A stretch of 64,000 bases of DNA from a virus. A program made the position numbers and the translations under genes. Numbering within the stretch: the stretch's first letter is position 1; the number at the start of each line of letters is the position of its first letter. Where the stretch lies: positions 1 to 64,000 of the IMG/VR virus record IMGVR_UViG_3300020192_000008, one strand, 5' to 3'. This document shows, one piece after another, positions 18,825 through 28,113 of the stretch. The notes beneath the pieces were generated by a model, which worked only from the letters and a program-made list of their open reading frames with translations, had not been told where the DNA came from and did no database searches.

Positions 18825-19105
18825 GACTTGTTGTCCTGCATCTGCATGATGGCCTGGAGCACCTGGCTCTTGGTCGGCTCGATGTCTTGACCCTCGGCAA
18901 AGCTCAGCTTGCCCTGCACAAGGGCAATGCGGACCGTCTCCTTGAGCATGAAGAGCATGCGCTTGAGCTCTGCCTCCCCACGGTTATACGTTCTCTCAGC
19001 TAGAGAAAAACAGAGGGGGCAAACGAACACGCCGGCGAATGCCTTCGCTTCCGAAGACTTCACCGGCGTCCTGCAGTTCATACAGTCGAGTAGGTTTTCT
19101 TCCAT
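18821..19105 (-). CDS. zinc-finger protein
   Basis: CMNC...CPLC motifs. Confidence 0.7.
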   Translation of the reverse strand: MEENLLDCMNCRTPVKSSEAKAFAGVFVCPLCFSLAERTYNRGEAELKRMLFMLKETVRIALVQGKLSFAEGQDIEPTKSQVLQAIMQMQDNKS

Positions 19106-19305
19106 CGTTCGAGACCGTCAATGTAGACGGTCTTGATTCGACGGGTAGGAATAATCAGGCAGGCTTCTGCCTCATTCACCAGGGTCACGTTCTCCTGGGT
19201 GGGGTCCCAGGAGCAGACCAGGCGCTCGGCAATGGCAGCATCTACGTCCGGGAACGTGTACGTCTTGCCGAGCTCGGTGAGGAGGCGTACTTCTACGAGT
19301 TTCAC
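19078..19305 (-). CDS. hypothetical protein
   Basis: GTG 19305 lies 7 nt after extended -10 TGTTACCTT (19313-19321). Confidence 0.6.
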   Translation of the reverse strand: MKLVEVRLLTELGKTYTFPDVDAAIAERLVCSWDPTQENVTLVNEAEACLIIPTRRIKTVYIDGLERWKKTYSTV

Positions 19306-19330
19306 CCGCAGGAAGGTAACACTACCTCTC

Positions 19331-19705
19331 TCACCCTGTGAAGAAAGAGTCGATGAGCACGAAGCCAAGCACCCCGCCAGGGTCTCTCGACACCATCAAG
19401 TTGGCCGGCTTACGCCCCTTCTTGTTCGCGAAGTCGACCACGTCCTGCTTGGTGATCGGCCTGTCGTACCGGGTCATCAACATCTTCTGGCTGGGCGGCC
19501 AGGTCTCAGGGAAACGCGCTGCAATGGGGGGCACCGTGCCCGTCTCCACCCACGCTACGTAAAGCGTGTAGCGCTTGATGTCGTTCTCATCTTCGATGGC
19601 CCGAAGATAGACGTCGAGTTCACGCTGACTGTCTGGTGTGGTCGACCCCTTGCGGGCAAGGCTTGCGAGGGCGGCGTACTGCTCGTCAGTCAGCGTGAGG
19701 GGCAT
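19331..19705 (-). CDS. hypothetical protein
   Basis: GC3 bias, operonic position. Confidence 0.75.
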   Translation of the reverse strand: MPLTLTDEQYAALASLARKGSTTPDSQRELDVYLRAIEDENDIKRYTLYVAWVETGTVPPIAARFPETWPPSQKMLMTRYDRPITKQDVVDFANKKGRKPANLMVSRDPGGVLGFVLIDSFFTG

Positions 19706-19707
19706 GT

Positions 19708-20715
19708 CTACTTCTTCCTGAGATGCGGAGGGATGTCCTCCTGGGCAGCGTCGTAAGGCAAGATCTTACCAGCCTCGACGTCCTTCTGCCTCTGGCCCAG
19801 CAGGTCCGACAAGAGCTCCTGATCTTTCGTCACACCAGCGGGGATGATCTGACTGCCATCATCGAGCGTGGTCGTGGCCTCAGGAAGAACCACCTCTTCC
19901 TCCTCGTAGGGGCGCGTCTTCTCGAGCTTACGAAGACCCTTGAGGTTGGCCACGGCCAGAGCCACATCAGGGAACTTGCGGCTGAGGAAGTCGTCGGTGA
20001 GCAGCGTCTTGCTACCCACAGGCGACAGGCTGGATGATTTGATGGTGGGGTCATTGAACCCCTCCATCATCTCCTTCACCATCGCCTCGAGCTGCTCAAG
20101 CGAGCCCACGTTCTCGATGACGCAGTCGAAGTAGCTGTCTGGCACCTCATCCTGCTCCGCCTCCGAAGCGTGCTGGCCAGCTGCACCACCAAGCCCTGCC
20201 TCGGGGCGCCTGATACGAACGACCTTGCCCCCTGCTTCGCGGATGGCGTCCATCTCGTTCTTGAACCGAACGTCAGGGACGCACACACCCACGGGGTCAT
20301 CTCCTATCCAGCCCATGCGGTTGAGGCCACGGTCCATGCTGTAGCCGTACTTCTTCTCGAGAATGGTCTTGGCCGTACGCAGCATGTAGTTGACCCACAC
20401 CATGTCGTAGCAGTCACGGCCCCACTCAGTGCCGAGCTGCTGAAGGGCGTAGCGGGGGGTGAGGAAGGAAGAGTGGTCGGGACTATCGGGGTGAAGCCTG
20501 TCAGCACACCTCAACGTTCTCGGGTAGCGCTCGTCGGGCTTGTTCCTCTCCTCGCTAGGCCCCCAGAGCTGTTCGTCAGAGAAGTCGAAGACCTCTTTAC
20601 AGATGCGTTTGAGGGGGTCAGCCAACGCCACGCGAACGAACAGGTGGTACTTGACCAGCAGGTCAGAGACGGTGTCCTTGCCTGCGCCTGCCTTGCCTGA
20701 GATGCCGATGATCAT
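19708..20715 (-). CDS. deoxynucleoside monophosphate kinase (T4 gp1-like) with C-terminal extension
   Basis: P-loop GKAGAGKDT, LADPLK, TPRYALQQLGTEWGR, DVRFKNE and HASE motifs. Confidence 0.9.
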   Translation of the reverse strand: MIIGISGKAGAGKDTVSDLLVKYHLFVRVALADPLKRICKEVFDFSDEQLWGPSEERNKPDERYPRTLRCADRLHPDSPDHSSFLTPRYALQQLGTEWGRDCYDMVWVNYMLRTAKTILEKKYGYSMDRGLNRMGWIGDDPVGVCVPDVRFKNEMDAIREAGGKVVRIRRPEAGLGGAAGQHASEAEQDEVPDSYFDCVIENVGSLEQLEAMVKEMMEGFNDPTIKSSSLSPVGSKTLLTDDFLSRKFPDVALAVANLKGLRKLEKTRPYEEEEVVLPEATTTLDDGSQIIPAGVTKDQELLSDLLGQRQKDVEAGKILPYDAAQEDIPPHLRKK

Positions 20716-20724
20716 GATGTTCTC

Positions 20725-21147
20725 CTACCTCACTCCGAACACAGCCAAGACTTCTTTGTAGACGGCCATAGAGAAGAAGGCTTTGTCTTCATCAGACATG
20801 GCCATGAACTCCGTGATCATCCGCTCCACGTTCGGTGTGGGAGCAGCAGGCTGCTCTTTCACCGCTGTCTTCATGGCCCTGTAGATCTCCACTGCCTTTT
20901 TACGGGCGGCTACATGGCCGTGAAGCTTGTCTTCTTCAACAACGCTCAGAGCCACCTCCTTAGGGACGACAAGGTTTCTCTCCAGAAGAACCTTCTCATT
21001 CTTGATCGAAGGGGGTCCCTGGCTCAGGAGGTTCTTCAGCACGATCTGACCCCCCGTACGAACGCTTTCTACGCACCCGACGATCAAGTCCCCGTTGTCA
21101 CCCTCGTACTTGCAGATAACGAACTGGCCCTTCCTGTACGTCCTCAT
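20725..21147 (-). CDS. hypothetical protein
   Basis: ATG 21147 after SD GAGGAG. Confidence 0.65.
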   Translation of the reverse strand: MRTYRKGQFVICKYEGDNGDLIVGCVESVRTGGQIVLKNLLSQGPPSIKNEKVLLERNLVVPKEVALSVVEEDKLHGHVAARKKAVEIYRAMKTAVKEQPAAPTPNVERMITEFMAMSDEDKAFFSMAVYKEVLAVFGVR

Positions 21148-21148
21148 G

Positions 21149-21454
21149 TCAGACTCCTCGCTGCTCCAGGACTTCTCGTACAACATCACGCGCGTATTCA
21201 CAGGCCTTCTTCTGAACCGACCATGCAGCGGGGCTCAGGGAGAACGATGAACCAAACACAACGGCTCTGGAGAAGTACTTCTCGTACGTCTTCTCCCTGC
21301 CATCGCTGTAGATCCACTTCATCTTCACGGTGAACTCACCACCCTCACCGGGCGTAATCAAGATCTCCGTGGGGTGCAACGACCTTTTCCAGTAGGTGAC
21401 CCACTGTAGTAGTTGCGCTTTCAGCCCTTGCAGAAGAACAGCTCCTCGGTCCAT
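21149..21454 (-). CDS. hypothetical protein
   Basis: 101-aa ORF, operonic position. Confidence 0.65.
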   Translation of the reverse strand: MDRGAVLLQGLKAQLLQWVTYWKRSLHPTEILITPGEGGEFTVKMKWIYSDGREKTYEKYFSRAVVFGSSFSLSPAAWSVQKKACEYARDVVREVLEQRGV

Positions 21455-21463
21455 CCTCTGATC

Positions 21464-21916
21464 GTGTCAGAGAAATCGATAATAGACCCTGAGAAGGCGA
21501 TCTGGGCGGAGCTCATCATCAAGGGGCAGATGGCTGCCGAAAGGGTACGGGAGATCTGGGCCAAGGAGCGGACCGTGGGGAACATGGTCATGTCCTGGGT
21601 GAGGGAGGTCATCTACGACCGCCAAGGCAAGCCCATCAACGACACGGTGGTTCTCGAGCTGCCGACAGGGGCCGTCTCGAAGAACATCCTTGCCCGCTTC
21701 GTGGCCAAGACCAAGGCGTTCGCCTTCCTCGTGGTGGAGCGGCGAGACAAGGAGGTCAGGCTCACCCTCGAGTCAGAGCACGGTTGCGTCATCTGGGTCA
21801 TGCCCATCGAACGCCACGGTGACATCTGGGTTCTCGGCAACGAGAAGGCAAAAAGAAACCCCACTGCCGGGGGGGAGGCAGTGGGGCTTCTCTGGAGACC
21901 GTCGCAGGCAAACTAA
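21464..21916 (+). CDS. hypothetical protein
   Basis: GC3 bias; start uncertain; its TAA is complementary to the TTA of the convergent gene. Confidence 0.65.
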   Translation: MSEKSIIDPEKAIWAELIIKGQMAAERVREIWAKERTVGNMVMSWVREVIYDRQGKPINDTVVLELPTGAVSKNILARFVAKTKAFAFLVVERRDKEVRLTLESEHGCVIWVMPIERHGDIWVLGNEKAKRNPTAGGEAVGLLWRPSQAN

Positions 21917-22537
21917 CGCCTGGGGCTGGCTCTCGTTGAAGAGCTGCTCGGCGCTCTTGAGACCGTTGGCCAGGGGCTTGTCCGTGGCGATGTGGGTCTT
22001 GGCGTCCTGGTTGACGATGCGCTTGAAGATGCCGATGGCGCCGGCGATCGTGGTCGCGGCATCCTGCAGGTCTTCAGAGACATCGACGCCGTTGTTGAGC
22101 GCCTGGATGGTGTTGAGCGCCTGGACGCCCTGCGAGACCGAGTTGATCGTGCGCTCGGCCATCTCAATGTCCGTGTACTCGCTCGAGGCGCTGAGCAGGG
22201 CAGCCTTGCGGCCCCCCTTGCCCTTCGGCTTGGCGGCAGGCGCCTTGGCCTTGGGAGCGGGCGTGGCCTTGACGGGCTTCTCCGCCTTCTCCTTCTTGGC
22301 CGTGGTCGTCTTGACCGTGGCCTTGGTGGCCTTGGCAGGCTTCGATGCGGCCATCTTCATCGGCGTGGCGGCCTTGGACGAACCGAAGTGTTTGTCGATC
22401 ACCCCGCGAGCATCGTTCTTGTCCTGGTCGGTAAGCGTCGACGCCTTGCCGACAGCACGGCGGGCGCCCGTGGCGTCCTTGTACTTGCCAGCCTTGAGTG
22501 CGGTCTTGAACGAGTCGAGTGAGAGCTTGTCGTACAT
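21914..22537 (-). CDS. histone H1-like Lys/Ala-rich DNA-binding protein, TTA-terminated (207 aa)
   Basis: KPAKATKA/KAKAPAAKPK tract; in-frame TTA at 21916-21914. Confidence 0.7.
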
Positions 22538-22621
22538 AGCTTTATCCCTTGGCCATCAGCTGTTAGCGAGGCCTGGCAACGCCTTCTTCAGGCGCGTCTT
22601 GTTGATGAACTAGAAGGAGTA

Positions 22622-23038
22622 CTAATCCTCGTTCTTCGGAAGCACAAGACGATTCTTCTCAGCGGGGAAAGAAATCTTCATCAGACTCTCGGAGACTGAC
22701 GTAGGAAGCTCACGGCCGATGCCTGCTTGCGGACGGTAATACGCACCAGGAGGTATCTGCTGCATCTTCTCGGCGTTGTACCGAAGCTCTTGCCGACGAA
22801 CAACGCCGCCCACAGTCTGGTCTTCGACCTCTTCGATCTTCACATAGCCGAAGATCTCATCGTCCATCGAGAACCAGAGGAAGTCCCCGGCAGAGATCGA
22901 CTTGAAGGGGTAGCGGGTGACGATGAAGGAGTCGCCCTGGACGCACCACTTGTAGAAGCGAAACCAAGAAGAGGTGTCGCCGTCACCGGCCGGGGCCGGG
23001 TCTTTAGCGATCATGGCGTAAACGTAGTGCCTGGGCAT
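22622..23038 (-). CDS. hypothetical protein, possibly EVE/PUA-like
   Basis: W...ISAGDFLWF...IFGYVKI pattern; weak similarity only. Confidence 0.55.
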   Translation of the reverse strand: MPRHYVYAMIAKDPAPAGDGDTSSWFRFYKWCVQGDSFIVTRYPFKSISAGDFLWFSMDDEIFGYVKIEEVEDQTVGGVVRRQELRYNAEKMQQIPPGAYYRPQAGIGRELPTSVSESLMKISFPAEKNRLVLPKNED

Positions 23039-23096
23039 CGATGCTCTTGTACCTGCCTTCCTCCGCTCTTTTCAAGAGGGACTGTACCATCGCGGT

Positions 23097-23756
23097 ATGA
23101 GCACCTCTCGAGAACGCATCTGTGAAATCGCCACCCTCTATGACAAGACGGGGGTGGATTACCCAACGACCACCGAGTTCTACCTCGACCTGGTTGCCCC
23201 CACGAGCGTCGATACGGACCAGACCCGCAGCGAGATGAAGCGGCAGTACGGCTGTTCGCTGTTCGTCCGGGGCATGTGGCGAGAGATGGGCTGCGATCAT
23301 CGCCTTCTGCTCGAGCCCTACCGCAATGGTAAGGGGCCGGCGGATGTTCTGGAGATCGCTACTGAGCGTGGGGCCAAGGTGAAGCTGACGGGCAAGCGTG
23401 GCCCCAAGCCCCGGGCAGGCGATGCCTACTACTGCCTCATCCCGAGCAACGGGGCCCGAGAGCACTTCGGTCTCATCATCGACGTGTTGCCCAACAAGGC
23501 GGACGGCAGCTGGGTCTTCCGTACCGTGGAGGGGGGCCAGGGTACCCATGGGTCAAACGTGCTCATGAAGATCCGTGAGATGCGGGTCGACGCCAGCCGG
23601 GTGTGGGTGGGTGACAGGCAGGTCCTGTTCTTCTTCGACCTGAACAAGGTGCTCAAGGAAGATGTTTCCCCGACGGACGTGGGTGAGGTGGTTGCCGAGG
23701 AAGCAGTTGAAGAGCTCGCTGAAGAAGCGGTAGTCGAAGACAAGATCGAAGAGTAA
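23097..23756 (+). CDS. CHAP-like peptidoglycan hydrolase (putative endolysin)
   Basis: GCSLFV...PRAGD...HFGLI...TVEGG gives a Cys/His/Glu pattern; -10 TACCAT 6 nt upstream. Confidence 0.65.
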   Translation: MSTSRERICEIATLYDKTGVDYPTTTEFYLDLVAPTSVDTDQTRSEMKRQYGCSLFVRGMWREMGCDHRLLLEPYRNGKGPADVLEIATERGAKVKLTGKRGPKPRAGDAYYCLIPSNGAREHFGLIIDVLPNKADGSWVFRTVEGGQGTHGSNVLMKIREMRVDASRVWVGDRQVLFFFDLNKVLKEDVSPTDVGEVVAEEAVEELAEEAVVEDKIEE

Positions 23757-23765
23757 GCTCGAAAG

Positions 23766-24368
23766 GTGTCGGTTCAGACCAAGCGCCCCCGGCTAACGCT
23801 ACCCGATCAGATCTGGTCACTGCTTGAGCAGTTCCAGGCGGTGTTGATTCACCAGTCGGGTAAGCGGGCTGAGGAGATACCCCTCTCTCTGGTCATCGAA
23901 GGCGTCCTTCAGAAGTTCGCGATCGAACATGCAGAAGAAGTCCTCTCCAAGCACGGTGACGCCAGATCTGCTGAGCTATCAGCTCGGGCTAGTGCCCTTC
24001 TCGGCCATGACGTCCGTCCTGCCCTTGGCCTCGCCCCGCTTCCCGACGATGGCCGACCTACTGAAAGAGCAGGCGCCGCCGGCACCGTCCGAAGACGGAA
24101 GCGACCTGTTCAGGTCACTGCTCAGGGACGACCCGCACGAGCTGTACCAGGACAGCCTCAACAACCCGTCCAAGTACGACCCGGTGCAAGCGTCCCTGCT
24201 GGCAGACCTGGTGAGCTCGACCCGGTCACCAACATCCTCGGAGAGGCAGGTGCTCAATACCTGCGTGAACGCCTGGCTCGAGGAGACTCGTTTGCCGACT
24301 TCCACGCCGAAGTCGAAGCCTGGTTCAACGGCAGTGGGACCCTCCCGTCAGTACCGCCAGGGAAGTAG
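23766..24368 (+). CDS. hypothetical protein, N-terminus RHH-like
   Basis: RPRLTLPDQIW...LSLVIEGVL; overlaps a second ORF. Confidence 0.55.
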   Translation: MSVQTKRPRLTLPDQIWSLLEQFQAVLIHQSGKRAEEIPLSLVIEGVLQKFAIEHAEEVLSKHGDARSAELSARASALLGHDVRPALGLAPLPDDGRPTERAGAAGTVRRRKRPVQVTAQGRPARAVPGQPQQPVQVRPGASVPAGRPGELDPVTNILGEAGAQYLRERLARGDSFADFHAEVEAWFNGSGTLPSVPPGK

Positions 24369-24420
24369 TAGCGAAGGGGAAGAAGCGCCGTCTGTTCCCA
24401 AAGCGTTCTCCTGGTTGTAA
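24049..24420 (+). CDS. overlapping hypothetical protein (+1 frame)
   Basis: Strong GC3 bias; ends 9 nt before the next gene. Confidence 0.5.
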   Translation: MADLLKEQAPPAPSEDGSDLFRSLLRDDPHELYQDSLNNPSKYDPVQASLLADLVSSTRSPTSSERQVLNTCVNAWLEETRLPTSTPKSKPGSTAVGPSRQYRQGSSSEGEEAPSVPKAFSWL

Positions 24421-24429
24421 AACTAGGGG

Positions 24430-24708
24430 ATGCACGCCTTCCTCATCATCCTGTTTCTGCTGGTAGTGAGCTGTCAGCCAGCAGAACGACGTCCTGTCGG
24501 ACCTGTCTACGAGCCCGTTGATACGGCTGCTTGCCATGATGCTGAAGCAAACCTGAAGAAGCTCAACTGCCGGGAGGCAACGCTCCCCAGTGGCAAACCC
24601 TTCAACCAGTTCTGCTTCGAGAAGATGGTGGCAGGCATCCCGCTCGCCCCTCGTTGTCTCTCGAAGATCACCTCGTGCGATCAGGTGGAGTCAGTATGCA
24701 ACCCGTGA
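24430..24708 (+). CDS. Cys-rich lipoprotein
   Basis: Hydrophobic signal ending LLVVS-C, plus six further Cys. Confidence 0.75.
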   Translation: MHAFLIILFLLVVSCQPAERRPVGPVYEPVDTAACHDAEANLKKLNCREATLPSGKPFNQFCFEKMVAGIPLAPRCLSKITSCDQVESVCNP

Positions 24709-25535
24709 AGCTTGCTTGGCATCCAGACCCTCGGATTGATGATGATGGCAAGATCATCATCGACCCTGACTTCTCGTCCCTCAGTGCAGACCTGATGACC
24801 AACGAGGTTCGCTTCAAGCTGGCGACATCTCCGAGGGTGATGCTCGAAGAGGAGACGCCCGTCAGTGATCAGGGAGGCATCGGGTCGTGCGTGGCCAACG
24901 CTACGTGTGATGCCCTGGAGATCTTGCTTGGGCTTGAGAAGGCCAAAGTTGTGCAGCTCTCTCGCCTGTTCCTCTACTGGAACGCGAGGAACTACAACAG
25001 CGACACGCTCAACGACAACGGGACATACATTCGCTTCGCCTTCCAGGCCATCAAGGAGCACGGGGTCTGCTCTGAGAGTGAGTGGCCGTACTCGGATGGC
25101 AACGATCGCAAGGGCGTCGCCTGGTACAAGAAGCGTCCGTCCCTGCGTTGCTACGAGAACTCCGACAGCAACAAGATCACCGAGGCCTACCGCATTGATG
25201 AGTCGGGGCACAAGCGGCTCAACGCCATCGACATCGCTCTGCATGCCGGTCACCCCGTGGTCTTCGGCACTCCCGTGGGCAAGCAGCTGCAGGCCTACCG
25301 CGGCGAAGAGATGGACCTGACACCCCCTTCGAGCTCCATCGGTGGCCACTGCATGGTCATCGTCGGGATGGAGAACCTGCCTGATGGGCGCCGGCGTTAC
25401 CGCATCCGCAACAGCTGGGGTACCAGCTGGGGTCAGAGCGGTCGGTGCTGGTTCGACGAGAGCTACATCGCCTGGGACCAGACAAACGATCTCTGGGTAC
25501 CGACCCGAGTGCAGTCTGTCATCGTCCACGACTGA
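24696..25535 (+). CDS. papain-family (C1A) cysteine peptidase
   Basis: DQGGIGSCVANA, GGHCMVIVG and IRNSWG motifs. Confidence 0.92.
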   Translation: MQPVKLAWHPDPRIDDDGKIIIDPDFSSLSADLMTNEVRFKLATSPRVMLEEETPVSDQGGIGSCVANATCDALEILLGLEKAKVVQLSRLFLYWNARNYNSDTLNDNGTYIRFAFQAIKEHGVCSESEWPYSDGNDRKGVAWYKKRPSLRCYENSDSNKITEAYRIDESGHKRLNAIDIALHAGHPVVFGTPVGKQLQAYRGEEMDLTPPSSSIGGHCMVIVGMENLPDGRRRYRIRNSWGTSWGQSGRCWFDESYIAWDQTNDLWVPTRVQSVIVHD

Positions 25536-25536
25536 G

Positions 25537-25565
25537 AAGAGGGGGGCCATAGGCCCCCCTCTAGC
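25537..25565. terminator. hairpin between convergent genes
   Basis: AGAGGGGGGCC-ATA-GGCCCCCCTCT followed by AGC. Confidence 0.75.
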
Positions 25566-25572
25566 ACAGAGC

Positions 25573-26280
25573 TAAGCCGTCGGTCTCGGTCGAGGCGTCG
25601 TACTCGTAGTAGAGCGCATAGTCCTTGGCACCATCGAGGGCTGACGCCGGCGAGTAGCTGCCGTTGGGCGGGCTGGTCGCCGCACTGACGAAGGTACCCG
25701 TGGTGACGACCGCGCCGACGGCGATCTCCTTGATGGGCGCGGAAAGACCGGCGCGGGGCTTGAGCTTCTTCCCCAGACCGAGGACTGAACCATAGCCGAT
25801 GGCCACGGTAGCAGCAGTACCCTCAGCTGCCGCGAAGACAACCGAAGTCACGGTCTTGAAGGCCTTCACGCCCTCCGAGATGGTAGCCGTCTGCGCGACC
25901 GTGATGGTCTCGGTCTGGGCATTGCCATTGACATCCGTGCCCGTAACGAGCGCACTCGCCGGGGCGTCAGCCGGGGTCACACCAGCTGTGGTGAGCGTGA
26001 CATTGCGAGGGAAGGCAGCGAGAGCCGTCACGCCGCCGGCGAGGAACGAGCTCACCGTCAGAGGGGCAACTGTGGTCGCAGCAGCAACCTCGAGGCCAGC
26101 AGCTGCAGCGGCACCCGGGCCCGTGAACTCCTCGACCACGACGGCCGCAAGAGGCGTGAGCGACTTGAGGATGTCGGCGCGCAGGTTGTGAATGGCACCG
26201 GACAGACCCGGGCCGGGTTTGATGAGGTGGACGAACTTCTCGACCATCGTGCTGAACAGACCTGAACCAATAGATGACAT
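25573..26280 (-). CDS. putative virion structural/decoration protein (235 aa), TTA-terminated
   Basis: Thr/Ala/Val-rich (PRNVTLT, VTGTDVNGNAQTETI); own ATG at 26280; in-frame TTA four codons before TAG. Confidence 0.7.
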
Positions 26281-26316
26281 GTGAGAACCCTCAGATAGTT
26301 GAAGTGACGCGCCCCC

Positions 26317-27507
26317 TAACTGGGGCTGTCCGAACTCGTTGATGCCCCTGGCTGGGCCTACTGCCCCGTTGCCATAGATCGGGCTCTCGTCGGCCTCTTG
26401 CCCCATGACCCCGAGGCCCTTCTTCAGAGCCCGGTACCCGCCGTAAACACCCAGCCCACCAGCAACCATAGCAGGCAGCTTCCCCTTCCACTTGCCGTCT
26501 GCGAGACCTGTTCCTTGCCAAGCCTTCTCAGCTTTGGCAAGCATATCTTCTTCAGGAACTGCCGCTGCTTCTTGGGCCCCTGCCTGATGTTGAGCTGCTG
26601 GCTGAGCGGCAGGCTGGGGGGCCGGTGGTTGAACCTGCCCTGCCTGTTGAGGGGCAACAGACGGCTGTGCCTGAGGAGGATGTACCGTGCCTGCCGGAGC
26701 TTGAGCTGGTGCTGCCTGCTGCTGAGCAGGGGGCTGAACAGTCGCTGCAGGAGAAGCCGCCGGAGCAGGTGCTCCTTGAGCCGGAGCTGCTTGAGGAGCT
26801 GCCTGCTGGGGGGCATGGGCAGGTTCTGCCTGAGGGGGGTGAACCGTACCTGCTGCTTGGGGTGCTGGCTGAGACTGCGGAGCAGCTGGCTCCCTGTAAG
26901 GGGACGCGTTCTTAGGGGGATGAACAACCGCAGGTGCGGGCTTGGGAATGGGGGCCTGACCCATGCCCGCACGCTCGATGTTCGTACCAGCGCGATCGAC
27001 AGACTGGTTGACTCCAGAGGCTGCGTTGTTCAGATGACCTGTTACCGCATCGGTCTTCTGCTCAACGTAGTTCTTGGCAGCATCAACCTTCTGACCAGCG
27101 TAGTTCTTGGCAGCATCAACTTTGCCCGACATGAAGGCCTTGGCTTCATCGGTCTTGCGACTGAGAAGACCTGCGCCACTCTGACCTGCGGCAGTCGCCT
27201 TGATCTTGATGGTGGTGGGAAGAGCTGCCGCGCCACGACCCACACTACCGAGAAGCCTTCCAGGAGCAGAAAGAACAGCGCCGCCCAACCCCTTCGCTGC
27301 CGCACCCATCTGCTTGAACGTCGCGGCATCCTTCTCCATGTAGAAGATGTCTGCGCCGATCTGCTCAGCAAGCTTCACAGCCAGGTCTTCCTGAGGAGCA
27401 AGGATGAGATCGGCCACCTGTACAGAGATAGGTCTAGCATCAGCCAGCTTCTCTCGGAGAAGGTTGCCGGTGCCGTAGGCATCACTGAGCGAGAGAGTCG
27501 GGTTCAT
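26317..27507 (-). CDS. putative virion internal protein (396 aa, Pro/Gln/Ala-rich), TTA-terminated
   Basis: K-x-A motifs, KVDAAKNY repeats; in-frame TTA at 26319-26317 followed by a 36-nt intergenic-like spacer. Confidence 0.7.
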
Positions 27508-27633
27508 CTCTTCCTTGTAACAGCTTGGGGGGAAACAACATCAGAATCATGTCGGCCCTGGCTTGAGCTCGACGCTGTTGAGTACGGAGTCTCTTCTGCT
27601 CCTCCTCGAGTTCAAAGAGAGCAAGACCAAGGT

Positions 27634-28113
27634 TTACTTCTTCATAGGCGGGAAGTGCCCACTCTCCGAGGTGTTCTTCTTGGAGATCATCCCCTTGAGG
27701 AAGCCCTCGATCTGTCCCAGGGTCCGATGTACGGTGTTCCATTGTTCTTGCTGTTCCTGGATGTGGTGCTTCAAAGAGGTGGTGATTCCAACGATACCCT
27801 CTTCAGCCTGCGCGAGACGAGCCTCAAGACCGATGAGCCGCTCGGACAGCCCGGCGGTCTCTTTCTTCGAGGCACGTGAACGAATGGAGCCATCGAACTG
27901 ATCGAGCTCATCGCGCAGTTCCTTCACTTCCTTTCGCAAGGAAGCTACTTCTGCATCAAGCCTGGTAGGAAGGGGGGCCACGGCCGCCTCGAGCTTTTCC
28001 AGCCGGGACATGACCCCCGACCCGAATCGCCAGAGAGACAGCGCGGCAGTTCCCAGGCCCGTGATAGCGGCGGGAACAACCTTCTCTGCGATAGTTGAAA
28101 GCTCGAAAGACAT
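27634..28113 (-). CDS. membrane-anchored coiled-coil protein (holin/i-spanin-like)
   Basis: N-terminal hydrophobic segment followed by heptad-rich region; SD AAGGAG. Confidence 0.6.
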   Translation of the reverse strand: MSFELSTIAEKVVPAAITGLGTAALSLWRFGSGVMSRLEKLEAAVAPLPTRLDAEVASLRKEVKELRDELDQFDGSIRSRASKKETAGLSERLIGLEARLAQAEEGIVGITTSLKHHIQEQQEQWNTVHRTLGQIEGFLKGMISKKNTSESGHFPPMKK

